From IMG/VR virus record IMGVR_UViG_3300049455_000029, positions 1 through 41,204 of that record: a stretch of 41,204 bases of DNA, one strand, 5' to 3'. Numbering within the stretch: the first letter of the stretch is position 1; every line of letters starts with the position of its first letter. Origin of the DNA: a virus (taxonomy: Duplodnaviria; Caudoviricetes). The position numbers and the translations under genes were made by a program. Below are positions 8,253 to 17,318 of this stretch, piece after piece. Below the pieces are notes generated by a model that saw nothing but the letters and a program-made list of their open reading frames with translations, had not been told where the DNA came from and searched no databases.

Positions 8253-9441
8253 CAATGTCGCCGTCGCCTTCGGCAAGCAGAGCGCCGTGGGCGTCGGTGC
8301 ACCGCCGACCTATGGCGTGGGCCTCGAGAGCGGCAAGCCGTGGAACGAGGCGATCGACCAGGGCGAGATCCCGCTCACCTCGGCGTTCCCGGGCTTCAGC
8401 GAGGTCGAGCGCCGCAGCGTCAAGCCCGGCCTCGTGGTCCCCACGCTGGCCTATGCCCGCCTCGCCGGGCTGTTCCTGTACGAGATGCTCGGCGCCGACG
8501 TCGTCACCGGCAGCACGCCGAACTACACCCACACCCTCACCCCGGCGAACGAGCCGCTGCCGTGGCTCTCGGGCGCGGCTCGCTACGGCGCTGAGTACGC
8601 GGTGCTCGAGGACCTGAAGGTCGACCAGCTGGAGTTCAAGTGGGCGGGCCCGGGAAAAGTCGACATGACCGCCACCCTGGCCGGGAAGACGATCTGGACC
8701 AACCAGGCCTCCCGGGCCTTTACCGACGGCGCCACCACCAGCGGCGGCCCCAACGTGACCAGCGCGGCGCTGGGGCTCTTCACCCAGGCGGACGTCGGCC
8801 GGCCCATCAGCGGCGCCGGCATCCCGGCGAACACCGTCGTGGGCAGCGTGGCGAGCGCCACCAGCCTCGCCATGGCAACCACCGCCGGCGTGGCCGTCAA
8901 CGCCATCGCGACGGCCGCCGGAGTTACGGTCACCCTCGGCGCTGCGGCCGCCTTCAACGACGAGGCAGGGCAGCCGTTCTTCTCCGGCGCTGGCGCCACG
9001 TTCCTGATGGACGCGGCCAGCTCGACGCCCATCGCGGCCAAGGTCTCGGCCGGCACCATCATCCTGAAGCGCAACGCCGATTCGGTCATCCTGGCCGCCT
9101 CGCAGATGCCGGATGACATCGTCACGGGCCAGCTGGAGGTCGCCTACAGCCTCACGTTGGTGCCGAACGATCTGACCCAGTGGTACAAGCTGGAGACGGG
9201 CAGCGGGACCGGCCTGACCCCTTCGGGTACCCCGCCGATCGGCAGCGCGGACGTCACGTTCGCCTACGACACGAACACGTCGCTGCGGATCTTCTCGAAC
9301 CGGGTCACCTTCCTCGCCGACATGCCCGATGCCAAGCCCAAGGGCGGGGCGGCGGCCGTCACCTTTGCCGGCACGGCCTTCCGCCCGACGGGCGGCAACA
9401 TCGTGAGCGCGGTGGTGAAGAACACCGTGGCCGCCTACTGA
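8236..9441 (+). CDS. Major tail (tube) protein with internal insertion domain
   Basis: SD GAGGAGGTGA; VAFGKQSA and YTHTLTPA motifs; position before chaperones and TMP. Confidence 0.85.
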   Translation: MGIPSSNVAVAFGKQSAVGVGAPPTYGVGLESGKPWNEAIDQGEIPLTSAFPGFSEVERRSVKPGLVVPTLAYARLAGLFLYEMLGADVVTGSTPNYTHTLTPANEPLPWLSGAARYGAEYAVLEDLKVDQLEFKWAGPGKVDMTATLAGKTIWTNQASRAFTDGATTSGGPNVTSAALGLFTQADVGRPISGAGIPANTVVGSVASATSLAMATTAGVAVNAIATAAGVTVTLGAAAAFNDEAGQPFFSGAGATFLMDAASSTPIAAKVSAGTIILKRNADSVILAASQMPDDIVTGQLEVAYSLTLVPNDLTQWYKLETGSGTGLTPSGTPPIGSADVTFAYDTNTSLRIFSNRVTFLADMPDAKPKGGAAAVTFAGTAFRPTGGNIVSAVVKNTVAAY

Positions 9442-9809
9442 TGGGGCGGCGCTGGTACCTGAAGTTCGACGGGGGCCAGGAGCTCGAGCTGGATGCCCGC
9501 CTCTGGCCTGTCGGCACCCCGCTGCCGCTCAAGGACGTGCTCGCCTACGAGCGGGAGTTCCACGCCTCGCCGTGGGTGTTCCTGCGTGGCTATGAGGACG
9601 TCCAGGAGGTGCCCACGAGCTTCTGGCTCTACTTTGCCTGGCGGGAGCTGCAGCGCCAGGACCTCCCGAGGGCGGGCAGGGACTACGTGGTCTTCTGCGA
9701 GGGCCTGGTCGACTTCAGGGACCTGACGACCTATCCGGAGGCAGATCAGGCCGCCGAAGAGGGTGAGGGCTCCCAGGACCCTCCTGGAGCGCCGCAGACG
9801 CCCTCGTAG
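9441..9809 (+). CDS. Tail assembly chaperone (G)
   Basis: Between tail tube and TMP; TGATG coupling; acidic C-terminus. Confidence 0.8.
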   Translation: MGRRWYLKFDGGQELELDARLWPVGTPLPLKDVLAYEREFHASPWVFLRGYEDVQEVPTSFWLYFAWRELQRQDLPRAGRDYVVFCEGLVDFRDLTTYPEADQAAEEGEGSQDPPGAPQTPS

Positions 9810-9994
9810 CGGGGATCTCGGCGCTGTACCAGATCCCGGCCTGGACGCCGGACCCCGTCGACGGCGGCCCGCCGGCGGGCGTGCTCGAGGCGCTGCGCAG
9901 CTTCTACGAGGCCGACATGGAACGGGCGGCAGCAGCAGCCGCCGAGCGGAAGCGGCTGGATCTTCAATGCAGGCTCAAGGAGATGACCGGCTGA
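9776..9994 (+). CDS. Tail assembly chaperone T segment, reached by predicted -1 frameshift
   Basis: -1 frame opens at 9767 with no early start codon, reads GPSWSAADALVAGISALYQIPAW...LKEMTG and ends in TGATG overlap with next gene. Confidence 0.72.
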   Translation, partial: GPSWSAADALVAGISALYQIPAWTPDPVDGGPPAGVLEALRSFYEADMERAAAAAAERKRLDLQCRLKEMTG

Positions 9995-10371
9995 TGGCAC
10001 CGACGATCGAGATCGTCAACCTCGGGGAATTCACGGCCGCCGTCCGCAGGTCCGTCTCCGGCGTGGACGCCGCGCTGCACAAGGGGCTTGAGGCGGCAGG
10101 CAAACCGGTCCTGTCCCGGGCGCAGGAGCTGTCGCCCTCCCGCCAGGTGGCAGCCGCCGGGCGGCTGCAGGTCTCGGGGACTGAGGGTCAGATTGTCTTC
10201 GAGAAGGATTGGGCCGAGGCGGCGGAGTGGTCGCAGAAGCCGGGCTGGATGGCCCACGGGGCACCCGGCCGCTACGGGCACCGGGCGCTGCGTGAGAAGG
10301 GGGCCGAGGTCGACAAGCTCGTTGACCAGCAGATGGCGGAGATCGTGACCATGTACGGGTGGTTCGGCTGA
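9994..10371 (+). CDS. HK97 gp10-like tail component
   Basis: IEIVNLGEFTAAVRR..AGKPVLSRAQELSP..GRYGHRAL pattern; coupled on both sides. Confidence 0.6.
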   Translation: MAPTIEIVNLGEFTAAVRRSVSGVDAALHKGLEAAGKPVLSRAQELSPSRQVAAAGRLQVSGTEGQIVFEKDWAEAAEWSQKPGWMAHGAPGRYGHRALREKGAEVDKLVDQQMAEIVTMYGWFG

Positions 10372-12989
10372 TGGCGGGGGCCGTGCGGGCGCTCATCCTC
10401 AAGTACTCGGGCGACGCCACCTCTCTCAAGGCGACAGCCAAGGAGATCGAGGGCGCCCACACCCAGATGGGGAGCAACCTCGGCCAGGTCAGCACCTTCA
10501 TGCAGGGCCAGCTCTCCAAGCTCTCCGGTGCCTTCGGCGTGAACCTGGGCAGCGTCAAGGGCATCGTCGGCGAGGGCGAGACCGCGCTCAAAGGTCTGGC
10601 CGGCGCCGGCGGGGAGGCCGCGGCTGGGGCCGAGTCGGCGGGAGCAGGGATCGCCGGGATCGCCGGGCCGATCGGGATCGGGATCGCAGCCGCCGTCGGC
10701 CTCGCAGTGGGGTTGAAGGGGGCGGCCGACGTTGCGGCCTCCATGGCCGGGGAGATCCGCAAGCTCCAGGCGGTCACCGGCTCGAGCGCCGAGGACGCTT
10801 CCCGGCTGAGGGCCGAGTTCGTCCACTTCGGTATCGACGTCGACACGGGCGGGGCTTCCCTGGTGCGCTTCTCCAAGAACCTCGAGGAGGGGGGGCCGAA
10901 GTTCAAGGCCTGGTTCACCGAGGCGGAGCTGGCCGACATGAAGGGCCAGGACCTGACCAAGGACCTGCCCCTGCTGGCGGAGAAGTACCAGTCGCTCGGC
11001 ACCGCCGTCGAGCGCAACACTTTCCTGCTCGACACCTTCGGCAGGGGCGGGACGGCGCTGCGCCCGATCCTCTCGGCCAACGCGGATGAGATCGTCCGGG
11101 TGGGCAAGGAGGCCGACAAGCTGGGGCTCACCTTCGGCGAGAAGGGTCTTGCCCAGGCCAAGGCCTACACGATGGCGCAGCGGGACATGGGCGAGGCCTT
11201 CAAGGGGATCGAGGTCACCCTCGGGCAGGCCGCGATCCCGGCCATTACCAACTTCCTCCACTGGATCACCACCGGCATCGAGGACCTGCGGGCCATCAAC
11301 GGCTGGATCGAGAGCGTGGACCACGGCCTCGGCGGGCTCGGGACGATCCTGGGCGGGCCGATTGCGTGGGGGATGAAGGCCTGGCACCTCGTGATGGGCG
11401 ACAGCACCAAAGCCGTGGCCGCCACTCGCACCGAGCTGGAGGCCGAGAACCAGGCGCTCGCCGATAACGCCGCGGCAACGCAGAAGGCCGCCCAGGAGGT
11501 GGCGAGCTGGACCACGGCCACCATGAACACCTTCAGCATCGTGCCCACGGTCGTGACCAACATCTCCAACCTGGGGACCCAGACTGCCTCGACGGCGAAG
11601 TCGCAGCGCCAGGCCGCCGACGATCAGGCCCACCTCAACGAGCTGCGGGCCGCCGGCGTGATCAACACGAAGGCGCTCGAATCGGCGGAGAAGGGGATCG
11701 AGACCGCTGCCAAGGGGGCAGAGTCCGCCAGCGTCGCGTACGGCAAGTCCGTCGAGGCCGTGACGGCCCTGCAGAAGAAGGAGGCCGACGCGGCCAAGGC
11801 CCTCGCAGACATCCTGAACGGCCCCGCCCCCGCCGATGCTGCCAAGGCGGTGGAGGACCTCGGCAAGGCCCACGACGACAGCGCTGAGGCGGCTATCAGG
11901 TTCCGGGCAGCCCAGGCTGCCGCTGATACAGCCCAGGCCGACAACACCCTCACGGCCGACCAGCAGGCCCAGGCCCTCATCGACCTCAACCGGGCCAAGT
12001 ACGGGGTGACCGACGCGACGAACGCGGAGGCTGCCGCTGCCAAGGCCCTCTACGACCTGCAGCACGAGGCCGACGCGGGGTCCGCTCCCCGGGTCGCTGC
12101 CGAGCAGGCCCTGCAGAAGGCCCACGAGGACACGACGGACGGGCTGAGGGCCGAGGCCGACGCCCTTCGGGCCGTGACCGACGCGACGAATGCCGAGGCG
12201 GACGCGGCCAAGGCGCTCCAGGTCGCCCAGGCCCCCGACGAGGCACTCGTCAAGGGGATCGCAGCGGCCCAGCGGTCACTCGCCGACGATCTCACCACCG
12301 TGGGGGGCGTGACCAAGGCGGTGACCACCACCTTCGCCGAGTTCAAGGTCCAGATGGACAAGCAGATCACCGACATGCTGGCCTGGGCATCGAACATGCA
12401 GTTCCTCATGGACCACCAGGTGTCGGCGGCCATCCTCGAGCCCCTGGCGGCGCTGGGACCCAAGGCCGGCCCCGAGCTGCAGGCGCTGCGCGACGAGGTA
12501 GTCCTTCACGGAACCGGGGCTATCAACGACCTCGGGAGCCGGCTGACCACGGCGACGGGCCAGGTGACCGACCAGCTCAGCGCGTGGAAGACCTACTGGC
12601 AGCAGAACGGGATAGTGATCCCAGCGACGGTGAAGTTCGACGATGCCACGCTGCAGGCCATGGCCACCGGGGGAGCCATCGGGGGCGCCCACCCGATCCC
12701 GCACCTCGCCCTCGGCGGCCCGGTACCGGGGCCTGTCGGGGTCCCCCGCTGGGCGGTTGTCCACGGCGGCGAGACGGTGTTCACGCCCGGCCAGTTCAGC
12801 GACCTGCTCGCCGGGATGCGGGGCATGCGCACCGCGGGGACAGCGGACATCGCCTCGTCAGGCACGGTCGGGATGGTGGAGCTGCACACGCACCTCTACC
12901 TCGACGGCAAGGAGATCGCCGACAACGTCACCACGCACCAACTCAACAGCGCCCGTCGCAACGGGAACCTCTCGGGAGGGCGCTTCTGA
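10371..12989 (+). CDS. Tape measure protein
   Basis: 872 aa Ala-rich helical ORF after chaperones; internal VTDATNAEA.AAKAL repeats; C-terminal VVHGGETV and LYLDGKEIA motifs. Confidence 0.92.
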   Translation: MAGAVRALILKYSGDATSLKATAKEIEGAHTQMGSNLGQVSTFMQGQLSKLSGAFGVNLGSVKGIVGEGETALKGLAGAGGEAAAGAESAGAGIAGIAGPIGIGIAAAVGLAVGLKGAADVAASMAGEIRKLQAVTGSSAEDASRLRAEFVHFGIDVDTGGASLVRFSKNLEEGGPKFKAWFTEAELADMKGQDLTKDLPLLAEKYQSLGTAVERNTFLLDTFGRGGTALRPILSANADEIVRVGKEADKLGLTFGEKGLAQAKAYTMAQRDMGEAFKGIEVTLGQAAIPAITNFLHWITTGIEDLRAINGWIESVDHGLGGLGTILGGPIAWGMKAWHLVMGDSTKAVAATRTELEAENQALADNAAATQKAAQEVASWTTATMNTFSIVPTVVTNISNLGTQTASTAKSQRQAADDQAHLNELRAAGVINTKALESAEKGIETAAKGAESASVAYGKSVEAVTALQKKEADAAKALADILNGPAPADAAKAVEDLGKAHDDSAEAAIRFRAAQAAADTAQADNTLTADQQAQALIDLNRAKYGVTDATNAEAAAAKALYDLQHEADAGSAPRVAAEQALQKAHEDTTDGLRAEADALRAVTDATNAEADAAKALQVAQAPDEALVKGIAAAQRSLADDLTTVGGVTKAVTTTFAEFKVQMDKQITDMLAWASNMQFLMDHQVSAAILEPLAALGPKAGPELQALRDEVVLHGTGAINDLGSRLTTATGQVTDQLSAWKTYWQQNGIVIPATVKFDDATLQAMATGGAIGGAHPIPHLALGGPVPGPVGVPRWAVVHGGETVFTPGQFSDLLAGMRGMRTAGTADIASSGTVGMVELHTHLYLDGKEIADNVTTHQLNSARRNGNLSGGRF

Positions 12990-14845
12990 TGGCCCTACCC
13001 ACACTGGTTGCAGAGGCAGCATGGACCACGGACCCGCTGGCCATGCCCTCGTGGACCACCGTCCCCAGGTGCAGGACGCTCAAGGTGACAGGCAACCACC
13101 GCTCGGCCGCCCTCGGGCGCTTCGACGCCGGCGTCATCGTTGCCAGCTTCGGCAACCGGGACCGCTCACTGGAGCCGCTGTTCGCTGCCGGGGCCAACTA
13201 CCCGAACGTAAAGCTCCGCAAGAGGGTGAGGTTCCGGGCTGTCGCCCACGGAGGGACCGGGACCACCTACCCCATCGCTGTGGGCTTCGTCGAAAAGGTC
13301 GTCCCCACCTACCCCAAGGACTGGAAGGACGCGGCCAGCACCCTCACCGCGTCGGACGCTTTCAGGCTCTTTGCGGGGGCCCAACTGGTGAATCCCTATC
13401 AGGCTGCCGTGATGAGCGACAACCCTGTGGCCTACTACCGGCTGGCCGAGCCAAGTGGCTCGACGGCGGTCGACTCCAGTGGCAACGCCAACAACGGGAC
13501 CTATCGGGGAGGCGTGACCTTGGGGGCCTCCACCCTCGTCAGCGACGTTTCCGACAAGGCGATCACCATTGCTGGCTGGACCGGTTCCGTCTCTCTGCCT
13601 CCACCGGTGCAGCTCTCGGGAACGGCCGACTGGAGTGTCGAAGGTCTCCTGGCAGTGAACGCCGGGCCGGACGGGTGCACTCTCTTCTTTCAGGGAGTAG
13701 GGGGTGCCAACATTGCCCTGAACGTCAACGCAACCGGGGGGGCGGGGCATGCCTTTGCCTACATCCAGGGCATCGGAACGGGGATCACCAGCCCTTCCGC
13801 GGCTTACGCTGACGGCCTCCCTCATCACTACGTCCTCACCCACACCGCGGCCGGGGTGGTGACGCTCTACGTCGACGGTGCCAGCGTCGGCAGCGCCACG
13901 GGGGGCACTGGGCCGATCGACTCCGTGGCCGCGCCCGCCAGCATCGGAGCCAACGTCGTCGTCCCCAGCCTCACGGGTCCCTATGTGGTCGACGAGGTGG
14001 CGATCTACTCGACCGCCCTCTCACCCACTCAGGTGGCCGCTCACAACGCCGCCCGGACGGCCTGGGTCGGGGATACCTCCGACGCCCGGGTCGCCCACGT
14101 CCTGGACCAGCTCGGCTGGCCCGCCGCCGACCGGGACCTCGATGCCGGTGCCGCTACTCTCACGGACGCCGCTGACCTGGCCGGCCAGAAGGCGTTGGAT
14201 CACCTGCGCCTCGTCGACGCCACCGAGGGCGGGTGCCTGACCATGGCCCGGGACGGCAAGGTCATGCTGCGGAACCGGCACTCGAACCAGAGCGGCCCGG
14301 CGCGCAACACCGTCTCACAGGCAACCTTCGGGGACCAGGGGGGCACGGAGATCGGGTACACGGCTCTGGGCATGGCCTTCGACGACGTCGAGCTGGCCAA
14401 CCGGGTCACGGTCACGCGGCGCAACGGGATCACAGCGGTGGTCTTCGATCAGGCCCAGATCACTGCCTCCGGCACGGTGCAGGACCATGTCGAGAGCTCC
14501 ATCAGCAACTCCGACGTCGACGCCACGGCGCAGGCGCAGTGGCTCTTGGCTCTGCTGAAGAACCCGAACCGGTGGCGCTTCGAGACGATCGTGGTGCCGA
14601 TCACCGATGCCAACCAGGACACCGTCCTGGGGCTCGAGAAGTGGGACCGGGTCACGGCCGCTTTCACGCCCCCACTTTCGGGGGCCCGCATCTCCCAGGC
14701 CGTTCTGATCATCGGCATCGATCACGACGTGACGAAGCCCGGCCAGTGGATCGTGACTTTCCACACAACGGGGACCGACCTTCAGCTCTCGCCGTTCATC
14801 CTCGATACGAGCCTGCTGGACAGCTCGAATGTGCTGGTCTTCTGA
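12989..14845 (+). CDS. Minor tail / tail-tip protein with LamG (ConA-like) domain
   Basis: PVAYYRLAEPSGSTAVDSSGNANNGTY...LYVDG...VDEVAIYSTALSPTQVAAH is LamG-like; first gene after TMP. Confidence 0.82.
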   Translation: MALPTLVAEAAWTTDPLAMPSWTTVPRCRTLKVTGNHRSAALGRFDAGVIVASFGNRDRSLEPLFAAGANYPNVKLRKRVRFRAVAHGGTGTTYPIAVGFVEKVVPTYPKDWKDAASTLTASDAFRLFAGAQLVNPYQAAVMSDNPVAYYRLAEPSGSTAVDSSGNANNGTYRGGVTLGASTLVSDVSDKAITIAGWTGSVSLPPPVQLSGTADWSVEGLLAVNAGPDGCTLFFQGVGGANIALNVNATGGAGHAFAYIQGIGTGITSPSAAYADGLPHHYVLTHTAAGVVTLYVDGASVGSATGGTGPIDSVAAPASIGANVVVPSLTGPYVVDEVAIYSTALSPTQVAAHNAARTAWVGDTSDARVAHVLDQLGWPAADRDLDAGAATLTDAADLAGQKALDHLRLVDATEGGCLTMARDGKVMLRNRHSNQSGPARNTVSQATFGDQGGTEIGYTALGMAFDDVELANRVTVTRRNGITAVVFDQAQITASGTVQDHVESSISNSDVDATAQAQWLLALLKNPNRWRFETIVVPITDANQDTVLGLEKWDRVTAAFTPPLSGARISQAVLIIGIDHDVTKPGQWIVTFHTTGTDLQLSPFILDTSLLDSSNVLVF

Positions 14846-15333
14846 TGGGCTACACCGTCCCCCCGGGCTTCGTCGCCGGAGCTGCGCTGCCGGCGAGCTC
14901 GCTCACGATCCTGGGCAACGACATCGTGGACCTGGATGCCCGCACCCGGCCCTCGAGCGCCGGCGTGACCACCTCCCAAACCACGACCTCGACCTCCTAC
15001 ACCGACCTGGCGACGGTGGGGCCCGCTGTGACCTTGCTCACGGGCACTATGGCCCTCGTGATCGTGACGGCGGAGGTGGATACGACCGGAGCGGGCGTCA
15101 CGCCCCGCATAGGGTTTGCCGTCTCCGGCGCCACGACGGTGGCGGCGACGGATGTCTGGGGGATCAAGGTGGACGCCGGCGCCGCGGCACTCCTTCAGCT
15201 CTCCTTTGCGGTCCTGGTCCAAAATCTCACGCCGGGGACGAACGTCTTCACCGCCAAATACCGGGTGGGCAGCGGGACCGGGACCTTCCTGAACCGCGGA
15301 CTCACCGTGTGGCCAGCCAACAAGCTCTCTTGA
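14845..15333 (+). CDS. Minor tail protein
   Basis: Thr-rich beta protein (TTTSTSYTDLATVGPAVT, LTPGTNVFTAKYR); TGATG coupling. Confidence 0.75.
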   Translation: MGYTVPPGFVAGAALPASSLTILGNDIVDLDARTRPSSAGVTTSQTTTSTSYTDLATVGPAVTLLTGTMALVIVTAEVDTTGAGVTPRIGFAVSGATTVAATDVWGIKVDAGAAALLQLSFAVLVQNLTPGTNVFTAKYRVGSGTGTFLNRGLTVWPANKLS

Positions 15334-15344
15334 TCGGAGGTCCT

Positions 15345-15794
15345 TTGAGCACAGCAGCCAATCCGCCCGGGTCCGGCATCGATCGGCGGGCAGGTCTCCG
15401 CACCGACTTCACCGCCGTCGTGCGAGGTGTCACGGTGCCCGTCGATCCCGTGCAGCTCAAACAGGCGCTCGGTGGTGCGGACGTCTACACGAGCCAGGGA
15501 GACGACGGTTCGACCGTGGTGCTGGCCAACGTCGATCAAGCCGCCCTCGATGCGGCAGTCTCGGCGATGGTTGCCGCGGCTCCCGCTGTAGCAGCTGCGC
15601 AGGCCACGGCCGTCACGAACTACGGCGCTCTTCAGCAGCGCCTCCAGGCGGCCCTGGCCCGCAACGCCACATACCTTGCTCTCTCGTCGCCGGCGATGCC
15701 TGATGTGGTGGGCCAGGTGGCGCTGCTGACGAGGGAGTGCTCGGCCCTCATCCGCAGAGAGCTCAACCTCCTCGACTCGACGGCAGGCACGTGA
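15345..15794 (+). CDS. Hypothetical protein (possible tail accessory or chaperone)
   Basis: SD GGAGG before TTG; coupled to endolysin by TGATG. Confidence 0.7.
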   Translation: MSTAANPPGSGIDRRAGLRTDFTAVVRGVTVPVDPVQLKQALGGADVYTSQGDDGSTVVLANVDQAALDAAVSAMVAAAPAVAAAQATAVTNYGALQQRLQAALARNATYLALSSPAMPDVVGQVALLTRECSALIRRELNLLDSTAGT

Positions 15795-16639
15795 TGGCGG
15801 TCCCCTTCGTCCAGGCGAAGTTCTACACGGTAGTCGGCGGCCGCCGGATCATCTGGTTGGTCCTGCACGACATGCAGGCGCCCAACAAGGGCGGGACCGC
15901 CGCGGCGGTCGCCAACTACTTCGCCACGATGGACGTGCCCCGCCAGAGCGGGGCCTCGGCACACGAGTGCATCGACAACGGCGCTGTCATTCAGTGCGTC
16001 CAGGACGGCGACGTGGCATGGGCGGCGCCCGGTGCCAACTCTCTTGGCTACCACTTCGAGATGACCGGCTACGCAGCCCAGGCGACGAACGAGTGGTTGG
16101 ACCCCTACGGCCACGAGATGCTGTCGATCGCCGCTCAGAGGGTCCGGGCCAAGGCGGACGAGAAGGGGATCCCGATCGTCTTCCGGCGCGCCGCCGACCT
16201 GGCTGCCGGCCTGCCGGGCATCACGACGCATTTCGAGTGCTCGAAGGCCTTCGGGGGCGACCACTGGGATCCGGGCCCCGGATTCCCGATCGACTACTTC
16301 ATCTCCCTCGTCCTTGGCCAACCTGCTCCCGTCCCCCCGTCCACCCCGCGACCGAAAGGACTGGCCGTGTTCGATCCGCCGTTGCAGATCCGTTCCTACC
16401 TGGCCCGACCAGGAATCGGAGCCTGGGGGCTGTTCCCCGACGCCGGCATCGCAGCGATGGGCGCGCCCGACCGGGGCAACGCCCACGGGAAGCCCTACTT
16501 CGCCGGGATGACGGCCGATCACCTGGAGTTCCCGAGCACGCCGCAGGAGCTCAAGGACGCGGCCTCGAAGGGATGGGGGCCGACAGATTGCCACGTCACT
16601 GTGGCCACCGATGGCAAACGCTATGGTCCGGTCTACTGA
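15794..16639 (+). CDS. Endolysin, N-acetylmuramoyl-L-alanine amidase (Amidase_2)
   Basis: LVLHDM, ASAHECID, VAWAAPGANS, FEMTG, ITTH, DHWDPGPGFP motifs; Pro-rich linker and C-terminal domain. Confidence 0.92.
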   Translation: MAVPFVQAKFYTVVGGRRIIWLVLHDMQAPNKGGTAAAVANYFATMDVPRQSGASAHECIDNGAVIQCVQDGDVAWAAPGANSLGYHFEMTGYAAQATNEWLDPYGHEMLSIAAQRVRAKADEKGIPIVFRRAADLAAGLPGITTHFECSKAFGGDHWDPGPGFPIDYFISLVLGQPAPVPPSTPRPKGLAVFDPPLQIRSYLARPGIGAWGLFPDAGIAAMGAPDRGNAHGKPYFAGMTADHLEFPSTPQELKDAASKGWGPTDCHVTVATDGKRYGPVY

Positions 16640-16728
16640 TGCGGGGCTACCTTCTCCTGTGTCTCCTCATGGGGGCCATCCTCCTGTTCGGGTACGCCAT
16701 ACTGCTCGTGTCGCATCCGGCCCGATGA
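16639..16728 (+). CDS. Single-TM micropeptide 1 (MRGYLLLCLLMGAILLFGYAILLVSHPAR)
   Basis: TGATG overlap with endolysin; hydrophobic helix. Confidence 0.6.
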   Translation: MRGYLLLCLLMGAILLFGYAILLVSHPAR

Positions 16729-16741
16729 CTGCGGGCACCGC

Positions 16742-16822
16742 GTGAGCGGCGCAGCCTGGTTCCTCTTGACGATCCCCTGGACTGTGGCGCTCACGGTCGT
16801 GGCTTTCCGGCCGGCCCGGTGA
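16742..16822 (+). CDS. Single-TM micropeptide 2 (MSGAAWFLLTIPWTVALTVVAFRPAR)
   Basis: GTGA overlaps at both ends; hydrophobic; resembles neighbours. Confidence 0.55.
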   Translation: MSGAAWFLLTIPWTVALTVVAFRPAR

Positions 16823-16917
16823 ACCGTGGAACCTGGTTCCTGCTGGCGACGGCCTCCGGGCTCATCACCGCCGGGGTCGTCCTCCTATGGCTGTCCCTGC
16901 AGGCGGCGGGGCGGTGA
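16819..16917 (+). CDS. Single-TM micropeptide 3 ([32 protein letters not shown])
   Basis: GTGA overlaps at both ends; hydrophobic. Confidence 0.55.
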   Translation: MNRGTWFLLATASGLITAGVVLLWLSLQAAGR

Positions 16918-17318
16918 ATGTCTCCCCAGAGGTGGTTGCCGGGGCAGGGATCGTGCTAGCCGCCGCCGTCACGGGTTACATGACCCGGCGGACCCTGAAG
17001 CGGACCACTTCGGGAGATGTGGCCCGGAGCACAGCCGCAGATATGTGGGCCGCCGCCGACAAGTTCCAGGGCCGCACGCTGGCCAGGATCGACTCGCTGG
17101 AAGCAGCCGCCAACACCATGCAGAAGACGATCGACGAGCTGCGCATGGTGGTCATCTCAATGACCGCCACCGATGTGCAGAAGACCGCTGTGATCGTTGA
17201 GTTGCACACGAAGATCAACGAGCTGGAGAACACGATGCGAACGATGCGGGACAGCCTCGCCGAGATCCGGGTTGGGGGCACAGTCGCCGAGGCGCGCTCT
17301 CGGGGGAACCAGCGGTGA
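16914..17318 (+). CDS. Membrane-anchored coiled-coil lysis-cassette protein
   Basis: N-terminal TM ([16 protein letters not shown]) followed by heptad-rich helix; GTGA coupling. Confidence 0.75.
   Translation: MNVSPEVVAGAGIVLAAAVTGYMTRRTLKRTTSGDVARSTAADMWAAADKFQGRTLARIDSLEAAANTMQKTIDELRMVVISMTATDVQKTAVIVELHTKINELENTMRTMRDSLAEIRVGGTVAEARSRGNQR

Noticed and set aside
1621-9809. Genome-wide TAG reassignment
   Set aside because: Other TAG stops (MCP 7045, 7981, 38451) end proteins at sensible positions, conserved genes are not interrupted by TAG, and no suppressor tRNA was seen
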